Source of the DNA: Carcharhinus longimanus
Lineage: Eukaryota
Direction of reading: 5' to 3'
Assembly (NCBI GenBank): GCA_030264375.1
Contig: JASCQW010000139.1
Location: 25,507,719-25,571,718, forward strand
DNA length: 64,000 nt
The notes under the pieces were generated by a model. The model did not search any database. It worked only from the letters and a program-made list of their open reading frames with translations, and was not told where the DNA came from. This document shows, one piece after another, positions 25,490 through 39,008 of the stretch (position 1 is the stretch's first letter; each line of letters opens with the position of its first letter). Made by a program: the position numbers and the translations under genes.

Positions 25490-26340
25490 TTTTGGACAAA
25501 AGTAGAGGAAGCTTGGTTAGTAAGTTTGCAGATGACACCAAAATTGGTTGTATAATGGACAGTGAAGAAGGTTACCTCAGACTGCAACAGGATCTTGATA
25601 AACTGGGCCGGTGGGCCTCGCACTGGTAGGTGGAAGTTAATGCAAATAAACGTAATGTGTTGCATTTTGGTAAGACAAACCAGGGCAGGATCAGGTGAGA
25701 GTTGTCAAACAGAGAGACTTGGGGGGGCAGGTGCATAGCTGTTTTAAAGTAGCATCACATAGTTGGGTTGGTGAAAAGGCATTTGGCACACTTGTCTTCA
25801 TTGGTCAGAGCATTGAGTAAAAGTGTTGAGACATTGTGTTACAACTGTCCAAGACATTTGGAGTACTACATTCCATTATTCTGGTCACCCTGCAACAAGA
25901 AGGATATCATTAAACTTGGAAAGAGAGAAAAAAAAATTTACAAGGACGTTATCAGGACTTGAAGGTTTGAATCATAAGCGAGAGGATTTTATTTTCTATG
26001 GAGTGTGTAGAGATTTATAAAATCATGAGGGGCATAGGTCTTTTCCCCAGGGTAGGAGAGTCCAGAACTAGAGGGCATACCTTTAACGTTAAGGGGAAAG
26101 ATTTAAAAGGGACCTGTGGGGCAACTTTTTCACACAGGGGGCCGTGTTTCCCAAATGAGTACCAGAGAAGGTGGTACAATTACAACATTTATAAGACATT
26201 TGGACAAGTACATAAATTGGAAAGGTTTAGAGGAATATGGGCCAAACATGGGCAAATGAGACTAGTTCAGTTTAGGAAAGCTGGTTACCATGGACTGTTA
26301 GGCCGAAGGGCCTGTTTCCATGCTGCATATCTCTGACCCT
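25490..26340 (+). mobile_element. CR1-type LINE 3' fragment
   Basis: agtaagtttgcagatgacaccaaaattgg (SKFADDTKIG) and downstream decayed ORF2/tail. Confidence 0.88.
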
Positions 26341-29319
26341 AAGTGCCGCAGGATATTTTTATTTGTTGTCGAGGTGTGGGCGTGATTTATGTGAGCGTTG
26401 CTGGCTTAGCATCCTATTTGTCACAACTGAGTGATCTGCTTGGTCACTTTAAAAAGTTAAGACTCCACCATGTTGGCATAAAACAGAGATCATATATAGG
26501 CCAAACTGGATAATGATTTTGTTTTCCCTATTAAAGGAATTAGTGAACCAATTGGGTTTTCCTAACAGCTTCATTTTTACACTCTCAGATGCCAGCCTTC
26601 ATTTCCAGAATTTTTTTCCTCATTTGCCATTTGTGTTTGAGTCTCCACAAAACCATGAAAGCCATTTTTTAAAAAAAAAATTGTTTGGACTGGCATTCAA
26701 GACTAGTTGGTCTGAACTTGCATTGCAAGTACTGTATTTTAATCCAGAAAGACCACTTTATTGGTTGCTAAAACACAAGTTTCCTATAATTTTGATCTTT
26801 TAAAACGTAGGGTAACTTTTTTTAATTTGTCAATGTCTTTGGAATGGTTGACATAATGGATATTTGGGACAAATAGTGAAACCGTGAATTTGTACTTTTA
26901 AATGTTGTTTCAGTTGATGTGAAGCAAATATTTTTGAATTAACCTTCTTGGTTTATACAAGGACTTTTGTCTGTATTGCTATGAGTTTTATGAATACAGC
27001 CAGAAATGTAAATTGAGAAACAGTGGGGAGGGTCCTAAAACCAATCCCTGGTGCACACTGCTTGCTATCCTTCAGACCATTTTTTAATATTCTGTCTATG
27101 GCCACCCTTATTCAAATCATATGAAGGGAAATATTAAGTTCAATCAGTAGTGCTCTTGAATGATGGACAATGATGGTGCAGCATCAGCAGAGAGTTAAAA
27201 ACAGCTGCTTATTCTTTTGACTAAACTGTTGTCAAGAAGACCCAAAAATAGGAACAATTTTCATAACAAAGGTAATAAATGCCATTAGAAAGAAAATTTC
27301 ACTTAAGTTTTAATTCTAGTATGGTATGAAAGGGTAACATTTAAATGTCATCTAACACTTTTTTCATCTTGTGTATCTTTTGTTTAAAAAGCAGCGATAC
27401 ACATTTAATTTTTTTCATAAAGTTTGGTTTATCTGACCACCAAGATTTGGCAATGTAGTAGCATACATTTTGAATTGAATCACTTCATTCTGCATTGAAA
27501 GTCGAGCTTAATTATTAGCAGCTGCCCTTTTTTCTCATTTTACGTGTTTCAGAATCTTGTCAGGGCTCAGACTTGCATGAAAATTTGCTTCCATTGATGT
27601 ATGTTAACAGTTACTGTGTCAGTATTTGTGCACGTGCATTTTTTTTTACACTTGGTTAAAATAAATGTTGATATTTTTGTGCTTGGTATTTGTGAACTTG
27701 ATGCTTGGTAAGGTTCCCCTCCGTAACTTTCCACCAAAGAATTTGCACTGGATGTGCACAATAAGTGCAGTTGATGATTACATTAATTTAAAAAGTTCAA
27801 CAGATTCTCAAGTTAATTGTTAGAGGGCATGGAGATTAAGCTCATGGAAAATTGTTACGGTTCTTTAGTTCAATTGCAATAACAAAAATTCTATCATAAA
27901 ATACTTTGTACAATTTCTTTTCTTTGGAATAGAGATATTAATCATTACCTTCATTACAAAGTGCTGATTTTGTGATTACTGCAAATTACACTAAAGAATT
28001 GCATGCAGAAATAATTTAGCCTTTTAACTTTGGTTTCATGGCAGTGCTTGCATAAAAATATAACTATCTAATTCATTGGCTCACATATTAAAATGCACTA
28101 TAAAAAGAAATCTCAAAATTTGTTGGCCTTTAATATCTTACAAATTGTTTAATTTCTGTTCATTTTATGTGCTTCTAGATTCTTAATTCCAACATCCCCC
28201 ATATATTGCAGAAAAAGCCAGTTTACTTGCTTGAAGAATTGAATTCTTGACATTTTCAGTCAGTGACAACTATGATGTTTTCTCACCATTTCTTATGACC
28301 CTCCCGGGATTACCTCTCCCCACAACTGTCTCCCTACACCCACGCCAATTGTCAGTAGAACTGTCATCACTTTTCTGAGTAGTTAATCAACCATACTCAA
28401 TAAAGTCAAATGATCACTCAGTCCATAGAAATATTCAAAGCATTTTCTTAAGATGGTGTCACATTTCATGTAAAGGAAATAATTTTTTAATGATCTATCT
28501 TTGCATGCATAAAAGAGCTCACATTTAATTCTTGCGCGATGGCAAAAGGCTCTGGCCCCACAATGTGAGCAGAAATAAATATATTTCTAAGACCTAACTT
28601 TTTTGTGTCTCATGGAGCTGCTGTCTACAAGGAAAAAATAATTAACTGGCTTGCTGATCTGTTCTTGTACTACCTACACCTGAAAAATGGAAAACCTTTA
28701 GGCAATGTGAAAAGTGCAGTAATTTGGTTTGGAGCTTGATAAATATTTTTTCAATGCAGTGAGTGGGTTCGTGTTTTCTATTAGATTAGCATTTTATGCT
28801 GAATAAATGATAATGGAATGAAGGGAGCTGGATAACTACCTTGTAAGATCAGTTACTTTCTTCAAATGGAATGATTCACCTATGTACCAAGATCCCTTCA
28901 AACAATTTCTTTGATCCCATTCTTATAAGGCATTCAGAATATACTGTAAAAATGAATGATGTCTCTGCGTCTAAATCATTGTGATTTTCAGTTAGAAATT
29001 TGCAGTAGGTGGAGAATAAAAGGACAACTTACGGTAATGCACTGAACACTCTGCGCCCCACAGCAACATTATAAACAGTCCCCTCCCTGGGGAAGCTTAA
29101 GATCAGATAATGAAGGATAACTTACCACTTTTTTTTCTTTTGTGTAAGAGTATTTTCCTCCATGTGTAAACTTGGGCATTGTAAACCAAATTATAAACAG
29201 TCATTATCCTTCACATTGCACAAAGCAGCCCACATGTTATAAATTACTAATTGGCCAAATTGAACATTTTTTAGGTTTAACTAGATTTTTCTATTTAAAG
29301 GAAGCTGAATTTAAGTTGC

Positions 29320-29765
29320 ACAAGAACTCAAGAAGCATGCTCCATCGAGTCTGCTGTACCATTCAGTGTGATCATATGCTGATCTTGGGCTTCAACTCAA
29401 ATTTTCCACTCGCTCTCCGTACCCTTTCATTCCTTGAGACACCAAAAATCTGCCTATCCCAGCCCCAACTTTAACAATGGAGCATCCACAGTCATTTTGG
29501 GTAGAGAATTTGAAAGATTCACAACACTTCAGTGAAGTAATTTTTCTTTGTCTCAATTCTAAATGATTGGCCCCTTATCCTGAAGTTGTGCTACTATGTT
29601 TCAGATCAAGACCAGCAGAAACAACCTTTCAGCGTCAACCTTATCACACTCTTTAGAATTTTGTAGGTTTCAATGAGAGAGCCTCTTACTTTCGTAAACC
29701 TCAGAGAATATAAGCCCAATTTACTTAGCCTCTCATCGTAGGACAACCCTTTCTTCCCAGAGATC
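29320..29765 (-). mobile_element. CR1-type LINE 3' fragment, antisense
   Basis: Reverse-complement of the LINE tail seen at 1-785 and 22598-23545; degraded. Confidence 0.7.
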
Positions 29766-30947
29766 AGTGAGCCTGAACAAAGATATCAAGCTAACATGAG
29801 ATCTAGCTAATTCTTCTTTGAAACCTGATGATGTTTAAGGCAGTCATTACCTTGAACTATAAAAAACACTCAGTTTAATTGTGTATATTATAATGTGATC
29901 CAAGATATCTGTTAAAGCTATCATTAACATTAATTTTTTGCCCATTAATGAGTATTTCAGCAGCATGAATGAATTTTGTAATATCGACTGTACAAAGCAG
30001 CCTATTAAAATCTGTGTCATTTGTCACTAAAGAGACACAGGACTATATTTGCACAGCATATTATCTAAAATTTAAATGTTAAAAAGTGCCAAGATAATGG
30101 CATTGTGAATGATCTTATTTTAAATCTTTCCACATAATGAACATAGTTGGCTGAGCATTTTAGAAAAACTTTCTCAAGCTTGATGAGAAATATACTGACC
30201 TAGATATAGGGTAGAATTATCTAGTCACGTCTGCTGCAAGAATGTAGTGGGTCAGCAAAAGGTCCTATATTTGAAACGGGAATTTCCATTTCTGCATTGG
30301 GTGAAACCAGAAAAGCGCTCCCGCAAATCCTGTTCAATCATGGCAATTCAAACACGCATTGTTCTATATCACATTGTCCTATGAACCCTTACTATTTATT
30401 TTCCTTAAAAAAATAAATGCTTTGTAGCCTGTAGCAGATTCATATAATACCATGACAGAGAGCTAACAAAATTTGGCAGCCAAGGAGGAAGCAGTACTAG
30501 TGTCCAACAAGTTGGTTCCATTCTTCCAAGATTATTAAAACAGATTCTCAGTCACTAAATTCAGCATGCTATTGTCATGTTAGTTTTTAATACTGCCAAG
30601 ATGTTAAAGAAAACATGTGGTGTAAACTGTGTCCCCAAACAAAATTTGAACAAAGTTGGTGCCCATTTTAGATAGGTTTTTGGGCACTCAAAGAATCGAG
30701 GGTTATGGTGGGAAAATGGAGTTGATGCAGATATTCAGCTATGATTTCATTGAATGGCACAGCAGGCTTGAAGGGCAGATTGTCTGCTCCTCCTATTTCT
30801 TATGTTTGGTTTGTATTTTTGGTTATTGGATACCTTTTGTGTGTCTGTCTCATGGCAACCAAAAATGTAAGTAATTTTCCATTAAATAACTAGTGACTCC
30901 AGATTTTTTAAGCTAAATATTTTTATACACTGTCTAACATTTTCTGA

Positions 30948-31011
30948 TGTGGATGTGCCGGCGTTGGACAGTAAAAAGTCTGACAACACCAGGTTTAAGT
31001 CCAACCGATTT
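30948..31011. mobile_element. 64-bp Penelope-like fragment with 9-bp TSD
   Basis: attttctga at 30939-30947 and 31012-31020; shares gcgttggac and cagtaaaaagtctgacaac with 2131-2267. Confidence 0.65.
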
Positions 31012-31074
31012 ATTTTCTGAACATAATGAATTGATAGCTGCAGCGTTGATTTGACTGTCTGTGATTTAATGCAG

Positions 31075-31180
31075 GGCTAACCCATTAGGAATGAAGGGTC
31101 ATATGGCCAAATGCTATGGGGATCTTATCCAAGAATTGTGGAGTGGAACCCAGAAGAATATAGCACCGCTTAAACTCAGG
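31075..31180 (+). CDS. USP32: USP32 exon ~21
   Basis: tgcag|ANPLGMKGHMAKCYGDLIQELWSGTQKNIAPLKLR|gtaaga; 106 nt. Confidence 0.96.
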
Positions 31181-31663
31181 GTAAGAAAGGATATTTTTGT
31201 AAAATATTTTACAAAATAAGATGATTTGCATTGACGGTTTATTTGTGAACGTTTTGTAATTAGAAAAGTGTTGCATAACTAACAGTGGTTTATTATTATA
31301 AAATCAATAAGAAAATTCACAATAAATCATTCTTGACAAGTTAACATTCATTTCATGCTGTGCTAAACACTATTGTTAAATAATTCTGTAAAGCATAATG
31401 CAGTGAAATCTGATGGATCGAATTTTCTGACACTGGCAGAGGTAAAATCAAGCATTGATTTGTGCTTAGTTAATAGATATGGCATTTATACTACAAACTG
31501 AAAAATAAATATTAAAATGGAAAGCATGTATGCTGAGGGCGATTGGAAAGGGAGGAAAAGAGTGGTAGAGAAAAGCCGTCCTCTCAACTATAAGGACTTA
31601 GTAACCCTTTTTCATGTTTACTCCATGTCAAATGCTAATTTCTTTTCTTTGGTTTATCTTTAG

Positions 31664-31912
<249 letters not shown>

Positions 31913-32693
31913 TAATAGTTGCTTATGTAATTGTTGGTTTGTATGCACATTTAAATGTATGCTTATTGGAGATTGCCAATTTGTCCTGTGGTTTTATCAC
32001 ATTGGCACTAAATGCTGTAAGAGTTTTGCCATATATTACCTGCTTTTACATTGTGAAGACCTCATTTTACTCATACTCGAAGGATAGGACACGTGCCTTT
32101 TTTTTGTTCCTATTTCTTTCCTTCCGTTGAAGTTATTGGGAAAGGATATCCACTAGAAACTTCATTTTTCACTGATCTTTGAAAATATTGCTGTTGAAAA
32201 CATTTCCATAATGAGTGTTCTGCCCAAAGTTAATTGTCATCTTGTAAATCACAGGAATGTATCTGGGTTCAAATCACCACTAGTAGTTTTTTAATTCACA
32301 TTGTGCCAAATTTGTTGAAGGATAAATAGTTGCCCTAAGGATTCCAGCCAATAGAATTAAACTACAAATCTAAGTTTCCTATCCTGAATATTCAGCTAAA
32401 TTGTTAATTGTTTGCATCCTCCCAGTGACTGCAATAACTTAACAATGCTAGTTTTTCAATAGTTGGGTCAATTATAATATTGAATTTAACTATTTAAAAA
32501 AGAGATGATAAGTTGCTGTTATCTTTTATGTTCGCATACTTATTTAAAAATGCAACATTAATGAATTTGTCTCTTTAAATTTTGTTTTATTAATGGAAAA
32601 ATATAAAAGATCTAGCATATTCTGCAATATTAAAGATTTTAAAAGGTACTAATACTTAATTGCTGTGAAATGTTTATTTTCTTATTCTTTTAG

Positions 32694-32868
32694 GCATGGG
32701 AAAATCACTTGAGGAGAAATAAATCAATTGTGGTTGACCTGTTTCATGGACAGTTAAAATCGCAAGTCAAATGTAAAACATGCGGTCACATCAGTGTTCG
32801 ATTTGATCCATTCAACTTCTTGTCTTTACCTCTGCCCATGGATAGCTATATGCACTTAGAAATCACAG
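32694..32868 (+). CDS. USP32: USP32 exon ~23
   Basis: tttag|[58 protein letters not shown]|gtttgt; 175 nt. Confidence 0.97.
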
Positions 32869-33219
32869 GTTTGTCAGAACATAATTCTTTTTCACTCCAG
32901 AAAAATGTGAAATTGGTAAAGAAATCATTTTCAGCCATGAATTCCTTTGCTGATGAATTAATTCAATACGTACCTTTTATAAATACTATTTTTTGGGGTC
33001 CTCCAGATGTTGCTACAAAGAGCACACTCTTGCTTCTCAACATGACCAGTACAGAGGATTGTTTTAGACTTAAAAGGACTTAAATAGACTTTTAAAAAAA
33101 TCCCCTCAAATTTCAAACAGAATGCTGCCAAAGTAGAAATTGTGATATTCTGTCTCCTGTCTTTCCTATGCCCTCAGAAGTGAATGTTTTTTGTCTCTGT
33201 ACATATCTGTGCTTTCAAT

Positions 33220-33770
33220 GTGTCTTCCTTTTTCTACGTTGAGGATTCCACACCGGCTTGGTTGACAGGGCCCTCGACTGCATCCAATCTATTACACACA
33301 CTTCTCTCACCACCACCTCTTCCTTCAAGATCAAGATAGGGTTCTCCTTATCCTCACCGACTATCCCACCAGAAATATTCAATGGATTATCCTAAGTCTG
33401 TTTTCTACAATATATTTCTATGCAAACACAAGAGATGCCACAGCTTCTCATTTAAATTAAATTCCCCTGCCCCTTCACTTTTGTGCTGTTGCTATGCAAC
33501 CACTCACATCTCATTTGGGCACCTTTTTTTCCCTTTACTATACCCATTGCCACTTTAAACTTTTGTTTTTGTCTATTGATCTTTCTTGCCCTTCATCTAA
33601 GACAGACTTTTCCTTTTCCCCATCTTCCCCCACTTCACTTGCTGAATACCTATTACATTTCTATTGATCTTCAGTTCTGATAAATGATCATTAAATTGAA
33701 ATGTTTGCTCTGTTTCTCTCCTCAGATGCTATCTGACCTGCTAAGTATTTCTAGCATTTTCTATTTGTAC
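33220..33770 (+). mobile_element. Penelope-like retroelement remnant with pseudo-LTR
   Basis: Decayed SSFFLR*GF...LVDRAL...QDRVLLILT-like coding; terminal ctctgtttctctcctcagatgct...gacctgctaagt segment. Confidence 0.65.
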
Positions 33771-34577
33771 TTTTCTCAAGTTTTGACACTTTTTTTGAAG
33801 TGACGTGTGCCTCTTCCTCAGTTATTTGGAAAACACATTTGGGTCAACACACAATCCTTTAATTTAAGAACCTTAGCCAACATTGATGGAATTAAAGTTT
33901 CCCATCGGTAATGGTATATATATCCAAAGTGTTTTCACGTTGGCAATCTCAACCCAAGTTCAATTGAATGTGGAGCCCACACAGTGAAATACTGTCCACA
34001 ATTCTGCACTAATTTGCTATCCCACCTATCAATGAAAGTGTGGGAAATTAAAAATATGCAATGTGTTCAGTTGAGTTGAGTTGAATTATTAGATGAGAAT
34101 TAAGTTTTGATTTTCATCTTTGAGTAATACATGATTTGAAATTGGCTGAAATTGAGTGTTATATTCCATTCCGTTATACTTGAAAAAGCACATACTGATT
34201 CCGAAAGATATTTTTAGAATATTTATTTTTTTTCTGTTATTTCTCATCGTTAATGTTGCTGTCACTCTCTTGCTGTCCAATCACTTTTTCCTGTCATTCT
34301 TTTTCCTCCATGTCAGTCTTAACTCCTTAAAAGTATTAGATTCCACATAAGAACTAACCTCATCCCAAGACTTGCTAACCAGCAAGAACACCAGTGAAAT
34401 CCTGCTGTCTGTTCATTACTTATCAGGCCAGTTCTCAAATGTTTGCAAGACTTTGTCAAAATTTTACAAATTTGTTATTTATGTTTCATTTGTACTAAAG
34501 TATATCCTATTAGTAAAGCATAAAGCAGGCATTATTCTCTGACAGCCCCAGCATACAATTTCAGGATGTTTAATATT

Positions 34578-34940
34578 GGAAGGCAGTCATATTAAAGTAT
34601 TGTCACTGGACTACTAATCTAGAGAGTCTGGGTAATGCCTACTATGATACAAGGTGAAATTTGAAATGAATAAAGGTCTGGAATTAAAAGTCTGATGATA
34701 GTCATGAACCCTTTGTCAATTGTCGTATAAGCCCATCTGGTTCACAAATGTCTTTTGGGGGAGGAAATCGACTGTCCTTATTTGGTCTGGCATACATGTG
34801 ACTCCAGACACAAAGTGATGTGGTTGATTCTTAACTGCCCTCCAAAATAGTCAAGCAAGTCAGTCAGTTTAAGAGCTATTCGGGATAGGTAATAAATGAT
34901 GGCCCAGCCAGCAACGCCCACATCCAAGGAATAAAAAAAC
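34578..34940 (+). mobile_element. tRNA-derived SINE (4083-type family)
   Basis: cactggactactaatc head; cccatctggttcac core; catccaaggaataaaaaa tail. Confidence 0.75.
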
Positions 34941-35328
34941 ATGTTTTTGGTTTGATTGTGGGAGGCATGATTGGGAAAATTGGAGGTGATGCAAAAATTG
35001 GCCATATAGTTGATGAATGAAGAGAACAGCTGATAATTCGAGAATTATATCAAATGGTTTGATTGAGTGGACAGAGAATTGGCAAATGGAATGCAATTTA
35101 AGTGACTTCAGTTTCAGAAAATGTTCACTACAACTTTCATATATTGAAAGTATATAGTGTATTTTTGTAAGATAGCTAACTAGAGTTCAAAGAGTTTACT
35201 AAGGCACTTTAGGACTGGTGTCCAAATATACCCATTATTAAAAAAAGTCTGAATCAAACATAAAATGGAATCGGATCTGGGGTGAAAAATGTTGAAATAT
35301 GTTTTCCCCATTTTAAACCTCAACACTA

Positions 35329-35612
35329 AGGCAGCATGGTGGCACAGTAGTTATCACTGCTGCCTCTCAGTGCCAGAGACCCAGGTTCATTTCCTGGCTT
35401 GGGTCACTGTCTGTGTGGAGTTTGCATATTCTTCCCATGTCTGCATGGTTTTCCTCGGGTGCTCCAGTTTCCTCCGACAGTCCAAAAGAAGTGCTGGTTG
35501 GATGCATTGGCCGTGCTAAATTTTCCCTCTGTGTATCTGAACAGGCACCAGATTGTGGTGACTAAGAGATTTTCAGTGTTAATGTAAATCTACTTGTGAC
35601 AGTAATTAAACT
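35329..35612 (+). mobile_element. HE1-related SINE
   Basis: Colinear with 13313-13581. Confidence 0.85.
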
Positions 35613-35729
35613 TGAAATAGTTGGGGGGGGAAAATGGTTATTAAAATTGAGACATGTGCAATGTTAGGAAAAACTTAAAAAATGAAAGCTGTGTTCATGT
35701 ATTGATGTGAAATGTATTCTGTGTTTCAG

Positions 35730-35881
35730 TCATCAAATTGGATGGTTCCACACCAGTGCGATATGGTTTACGATTGAACATGGATGAGAAATACACAGGT
35801 CTGAAAAAACAATTAAGTGAATTGTGTGGACTGAAGTCAGAACAGATCTTGTTGGGAGAGGTTCATGGTTCTAACATAAAA
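35730..35881 (+). CDS. USP32: USP32 exon ~24
   Basis: ttcag|(V)IKLDGSTPVRYGLRLNMDEKYTGLKKQLSELCGLKSEQILLGEVHGSNIK|gtgagt; 152 nt. Confidence 0.97.
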
Positions 35882-35937
35882 GTGAGTATGCATTTTGCAG
35901 AAATAGCTATACCATGGGGCAGCTAGCTTAAAGACTT

Positions 35938-36545
35938 TGGCAGGGATTCTCACAATAAAAACGAACTGCCTAATGGGTGGGAAAACAGGAGAATTTCCTG
36001 GCTGTTTTTTCAGCATATGTATCAGAACAAATCTCCAGCATTCCGTGGGAGGGTGGGGGTTGAGTAGGCCAGCAATCGAGGGCGTTGGTAAGCCAGCAAT
36101 TGTGGGTGGTTCCCTGTCTGCTCTGGCCCAACCAACTTGCAGTGCCAAGCTGGCAGTATCCAAGGGGTATCCCCTGCTCCCGACCTCCCACTGGGGCCTC
36201 AACGGCCTCTGCCTCACCAGTGAAGTGAGCACACTTGCTTTCCCTTTTGGGAAGGAGCAGTTATAAACCCCACTGGTGGGACCTCCCCCAGCTTGAGGGA
36301 GTAGAGGGGTTCACAAGTGGGCTCAGAGACTACTGTCCCAGGCCTGCTAGTCATATGAAATGGTGCTTTCTACATAATAATTGATCTCTCACCAATTTCC
36401 AGTTCAGGGTTGATTGCAGGGAAACAAAAGGCCTGGGAGATTCTCAATCAGCTGGACGCCAGTCATGAGTCCTACTAGAGGCTCCCACTTGTATCTTTTA
36501 GCCTGCTATGCGGCTTGAGTTGCGCAGTGGGTTGGGAGAGCCTTG
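35938..36545. mobile_element. GC-rich non-autonomous DNA transposon-like insert
   Basis: Begins ggcagggattctc, similar to the 20731 MITE terminus; abrupt GC rise; right end unclear. Confidence 0.45.
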
Positions 36546-36859
36546 GTATTTTACTTTATTTATAAAATATTTTGTTTCTTCGGAGCTTAAAACTAAGGCT
36601 TAAAATGCTTAATGTAATCCAGGCAAATATTACTGTGGTAACAACTTCAGGTACAGTTGGAAACTAATTACATTTAGAAAATTAAAAGAAAAAAGCAATC
36701 TGTTTGAGAAATGTTATCGTGATTATTAAATTGGTTAAAAATGCAAGCTCCCATATAACCCTCACATTAACAAATGAAAAACCCATTTTAGTGTTTTTGA
36801 TGAAATAAAATTGTTGTAAATCAATTAGTGACCAAGCCAATGGTGAATTTTATCTTCAG

Positions 36860-36971
36860 AACTTTCCTCAAGATAACCAGAAAGTGCGACTGTCAGTAAA
36901 TGGTTTTCTTTGTGCTTTTGAGATTCCTGTTCCGGGATCACCAACCTCTGCCAATTCTCCTGTACAAACAG
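36860..36971 (+). CDS. USP32: USP32 exon ~25
   Basis: ttcag|NFPQDNQKVRLSVNGFLCAFEIPVPGSPTSANSPVQT|gtaata; 112 nt. Confidence 0.96.
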
Positions 36972-37152
36972 GTAATAAATAATCTCATGAGATGTGCTTT
37001 AGCATCAATGTAATATGAATAAATTGTACATACTAAAACTTAATATCTGCAAACATTGGGGTAAGACTCAAGTTCCAATTTTGCAACTTTCAATCTACAT
37101 AAATCAGATTCTACATGGCTAATATTAACATGATCAAAAAGTTGGAATAGAC

Positions 37153-37245
37153 ATAAAAATTGTCAAAATCACCCAGCTGGTCTGGCAGCATCTATGGAGA
37201 AAGACTGAGATAATGTTTCAGTTCTGTGACCCTTTTACAGAAACA
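37153..37245 (-). mobile_element. Penelope pseudo-LTR fragment, antisense
   Basis: Reverse-complement similarity to 33675-33770 (tctccatagatgctgccagacc). Confidence 0.55.
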
Positions 37246-37826
37246 GTGATAAATATTTGAGTATTTCTTAGCCTTTGAACAGTACAGAAAAGTGACATTA
37301 TTTGACTGAACTTGCTGTAAGTAAAGCCCAGTTGCCAAGTTGTATGAGTTGATAAAAGTCTAGGGAAAGTCTCAATTTGATTGGGTTGCAAGAGGCTTTG
37401 TAATCACAGAAAGGAACTTTTTCATTTGGTTTTGATCTCGACAACTTGTTATGGTGTCGAAATATGCTGGAGGTTAAATAGGCTAGAGGTCACTGTTGGT
37501 AATATCAACAGTTGAATGTTTTAATATAAAGTTTTTGTCCCTCTACTATTCTAATGGGGCATGTAATCCATTTATTAAATTGGTTCACATTGCTATAAAA
37601 TAGCTGTGAGGAATATTGTACAAATGCACTAAAATTAATTTCCTGTTAGCAGTAGCCATAATACACAGCCAGTTAATCCCAAAGGCAGAAAAAATATTTT
37701 GGAATTTTTTGACAAAATTCATTTTGCAGGTAGCATAATTTTTGTGTTATATTTTGAGCAAAAGTTGGAATTATGATTGTTAATGTATTTCCTCATCGGT
37801 TATTGAGCCATATTATGTTTTGTTAG

Positions 37827-38038
37827 ATTCCTCCCAGATGCCATTAAGTAATGGAAGGCATAACCAGTCCTCAAATGCAAATCCAATGAAACCAAACCTC
37901 ATTCCCAATGGAATTCCTAGTACTGTGGTGCCGGCTGGGATTGATAAGAATTTTTCTAATGGACTGCCTAATGGACATTTGCTAGCAGTTACTGATAGCC
38001 CTTTCATAGGATATATTATTGCAGTTCACAGAAAAATG
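37827..38038 (+). CDS. USP32: USP32 exon ~26
   Basis: gttag|(D)SSQMPLSNG...IPNGIPSTVVPAG...DSPFIGYIIAVHRKM|gtaaga; 212 nt. Confidence 0.94.
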
Positions 38039-38823
38039 GTAAGATGATGCTTCAAAGCAAAATCATTGTTTAAAACTTAATCAACTATTAATCTCAAGTT
38101 TATTCTACCTTTTATTGATGACAAGAAAGATGCAATTCATTAAATTTTACAAAATATAAGTAATTTATTCTTGTGCTGTTTTATTTTGCTAAGATGCGTA
38201 AAAAGTTCAAAGAAGTGTGCTGTAAAAAAACAACTTTACGTGAATTCTCAATTAAAAGCAATTGTAAATAAATAGTCTGTAGTAGATCAAATGTAATAAT
38301 CCTTAAGCTTTTGTGCATTTGTTATTGTAACAAAATTCTAATTTTATCTTGTGTACTTCAATGAAGCTGTCCATTTCTAAACTGATATTTAAGGTTGAAC
38401 CTGAATACCAAAGTAATTGGCTATCTTTGTTAAAACCAGCCAGATTCTAGATTTTAGCCACATCATTCAGGTCACATTAATCTTGAGACACCCACAAGAT
38501 ATCTCTATATATGCAGAAAGCTTGGCTGCTAAAATGAACATGTGCTTAATACCCAGGGTCAGTTACTAAGATTTAGAAAATACAGAAATTAGTGTCAGTG
38601 TTGTTCTCCTGACTTTGTGTTCATTTAAATTCCTTGATATTTGAGATCAATCACAGGCTGAGAAAATAGCTGTAGTTTTTGATATCTTTTCTGTAACATA
38701 GTCAATTACTGAGGAAAAGTATTGATAATTCCTTTTTTAAAAAACCTATTTACTTTGGGATCCTATTGATCACTTTACCCAAGCAAAATGACCTAAATGC
38801 TTAAATACTTATCTTTTATGCAG

Positions 38824-39008
38824 ATGCGGACAGAATTGTATTTTCTGTCCTCTCAGAAAAACCGCCCCAGCTTGTTTGGCATGCCACTTATCGTGCCCTG
38901 CACTGTACATACCCGCAAGAAGGACCTCTATGATTCTGTATGGATACAAGTTTCACGACTTGCCAGCCCTCTGCCACCCCAAGAAGCAAGCAACCATGCT
39001 CAAGATTG
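38824..39008 (+). CDS. USP32: USP32 exon ~27
   Basis: tgcag|MRTELYFLSSQKNRPSLFGMPLIVPCTVHTRKKDLYDSVWIQVSRLASPLPPQEASNHAQD(C)|gtcagt; 185 nt. Confidence 0.97.

Noticed and set aside
33675-33715. Active hammerhead ribozyme in the Penelope pseudo-LTR (also 37210-37240 antisense)
   Set aside because: The core reads CTGATAA (and CTGTAAA in the other copy) instead of CTGANGA, and stem II does not pair well; at best a dead relic
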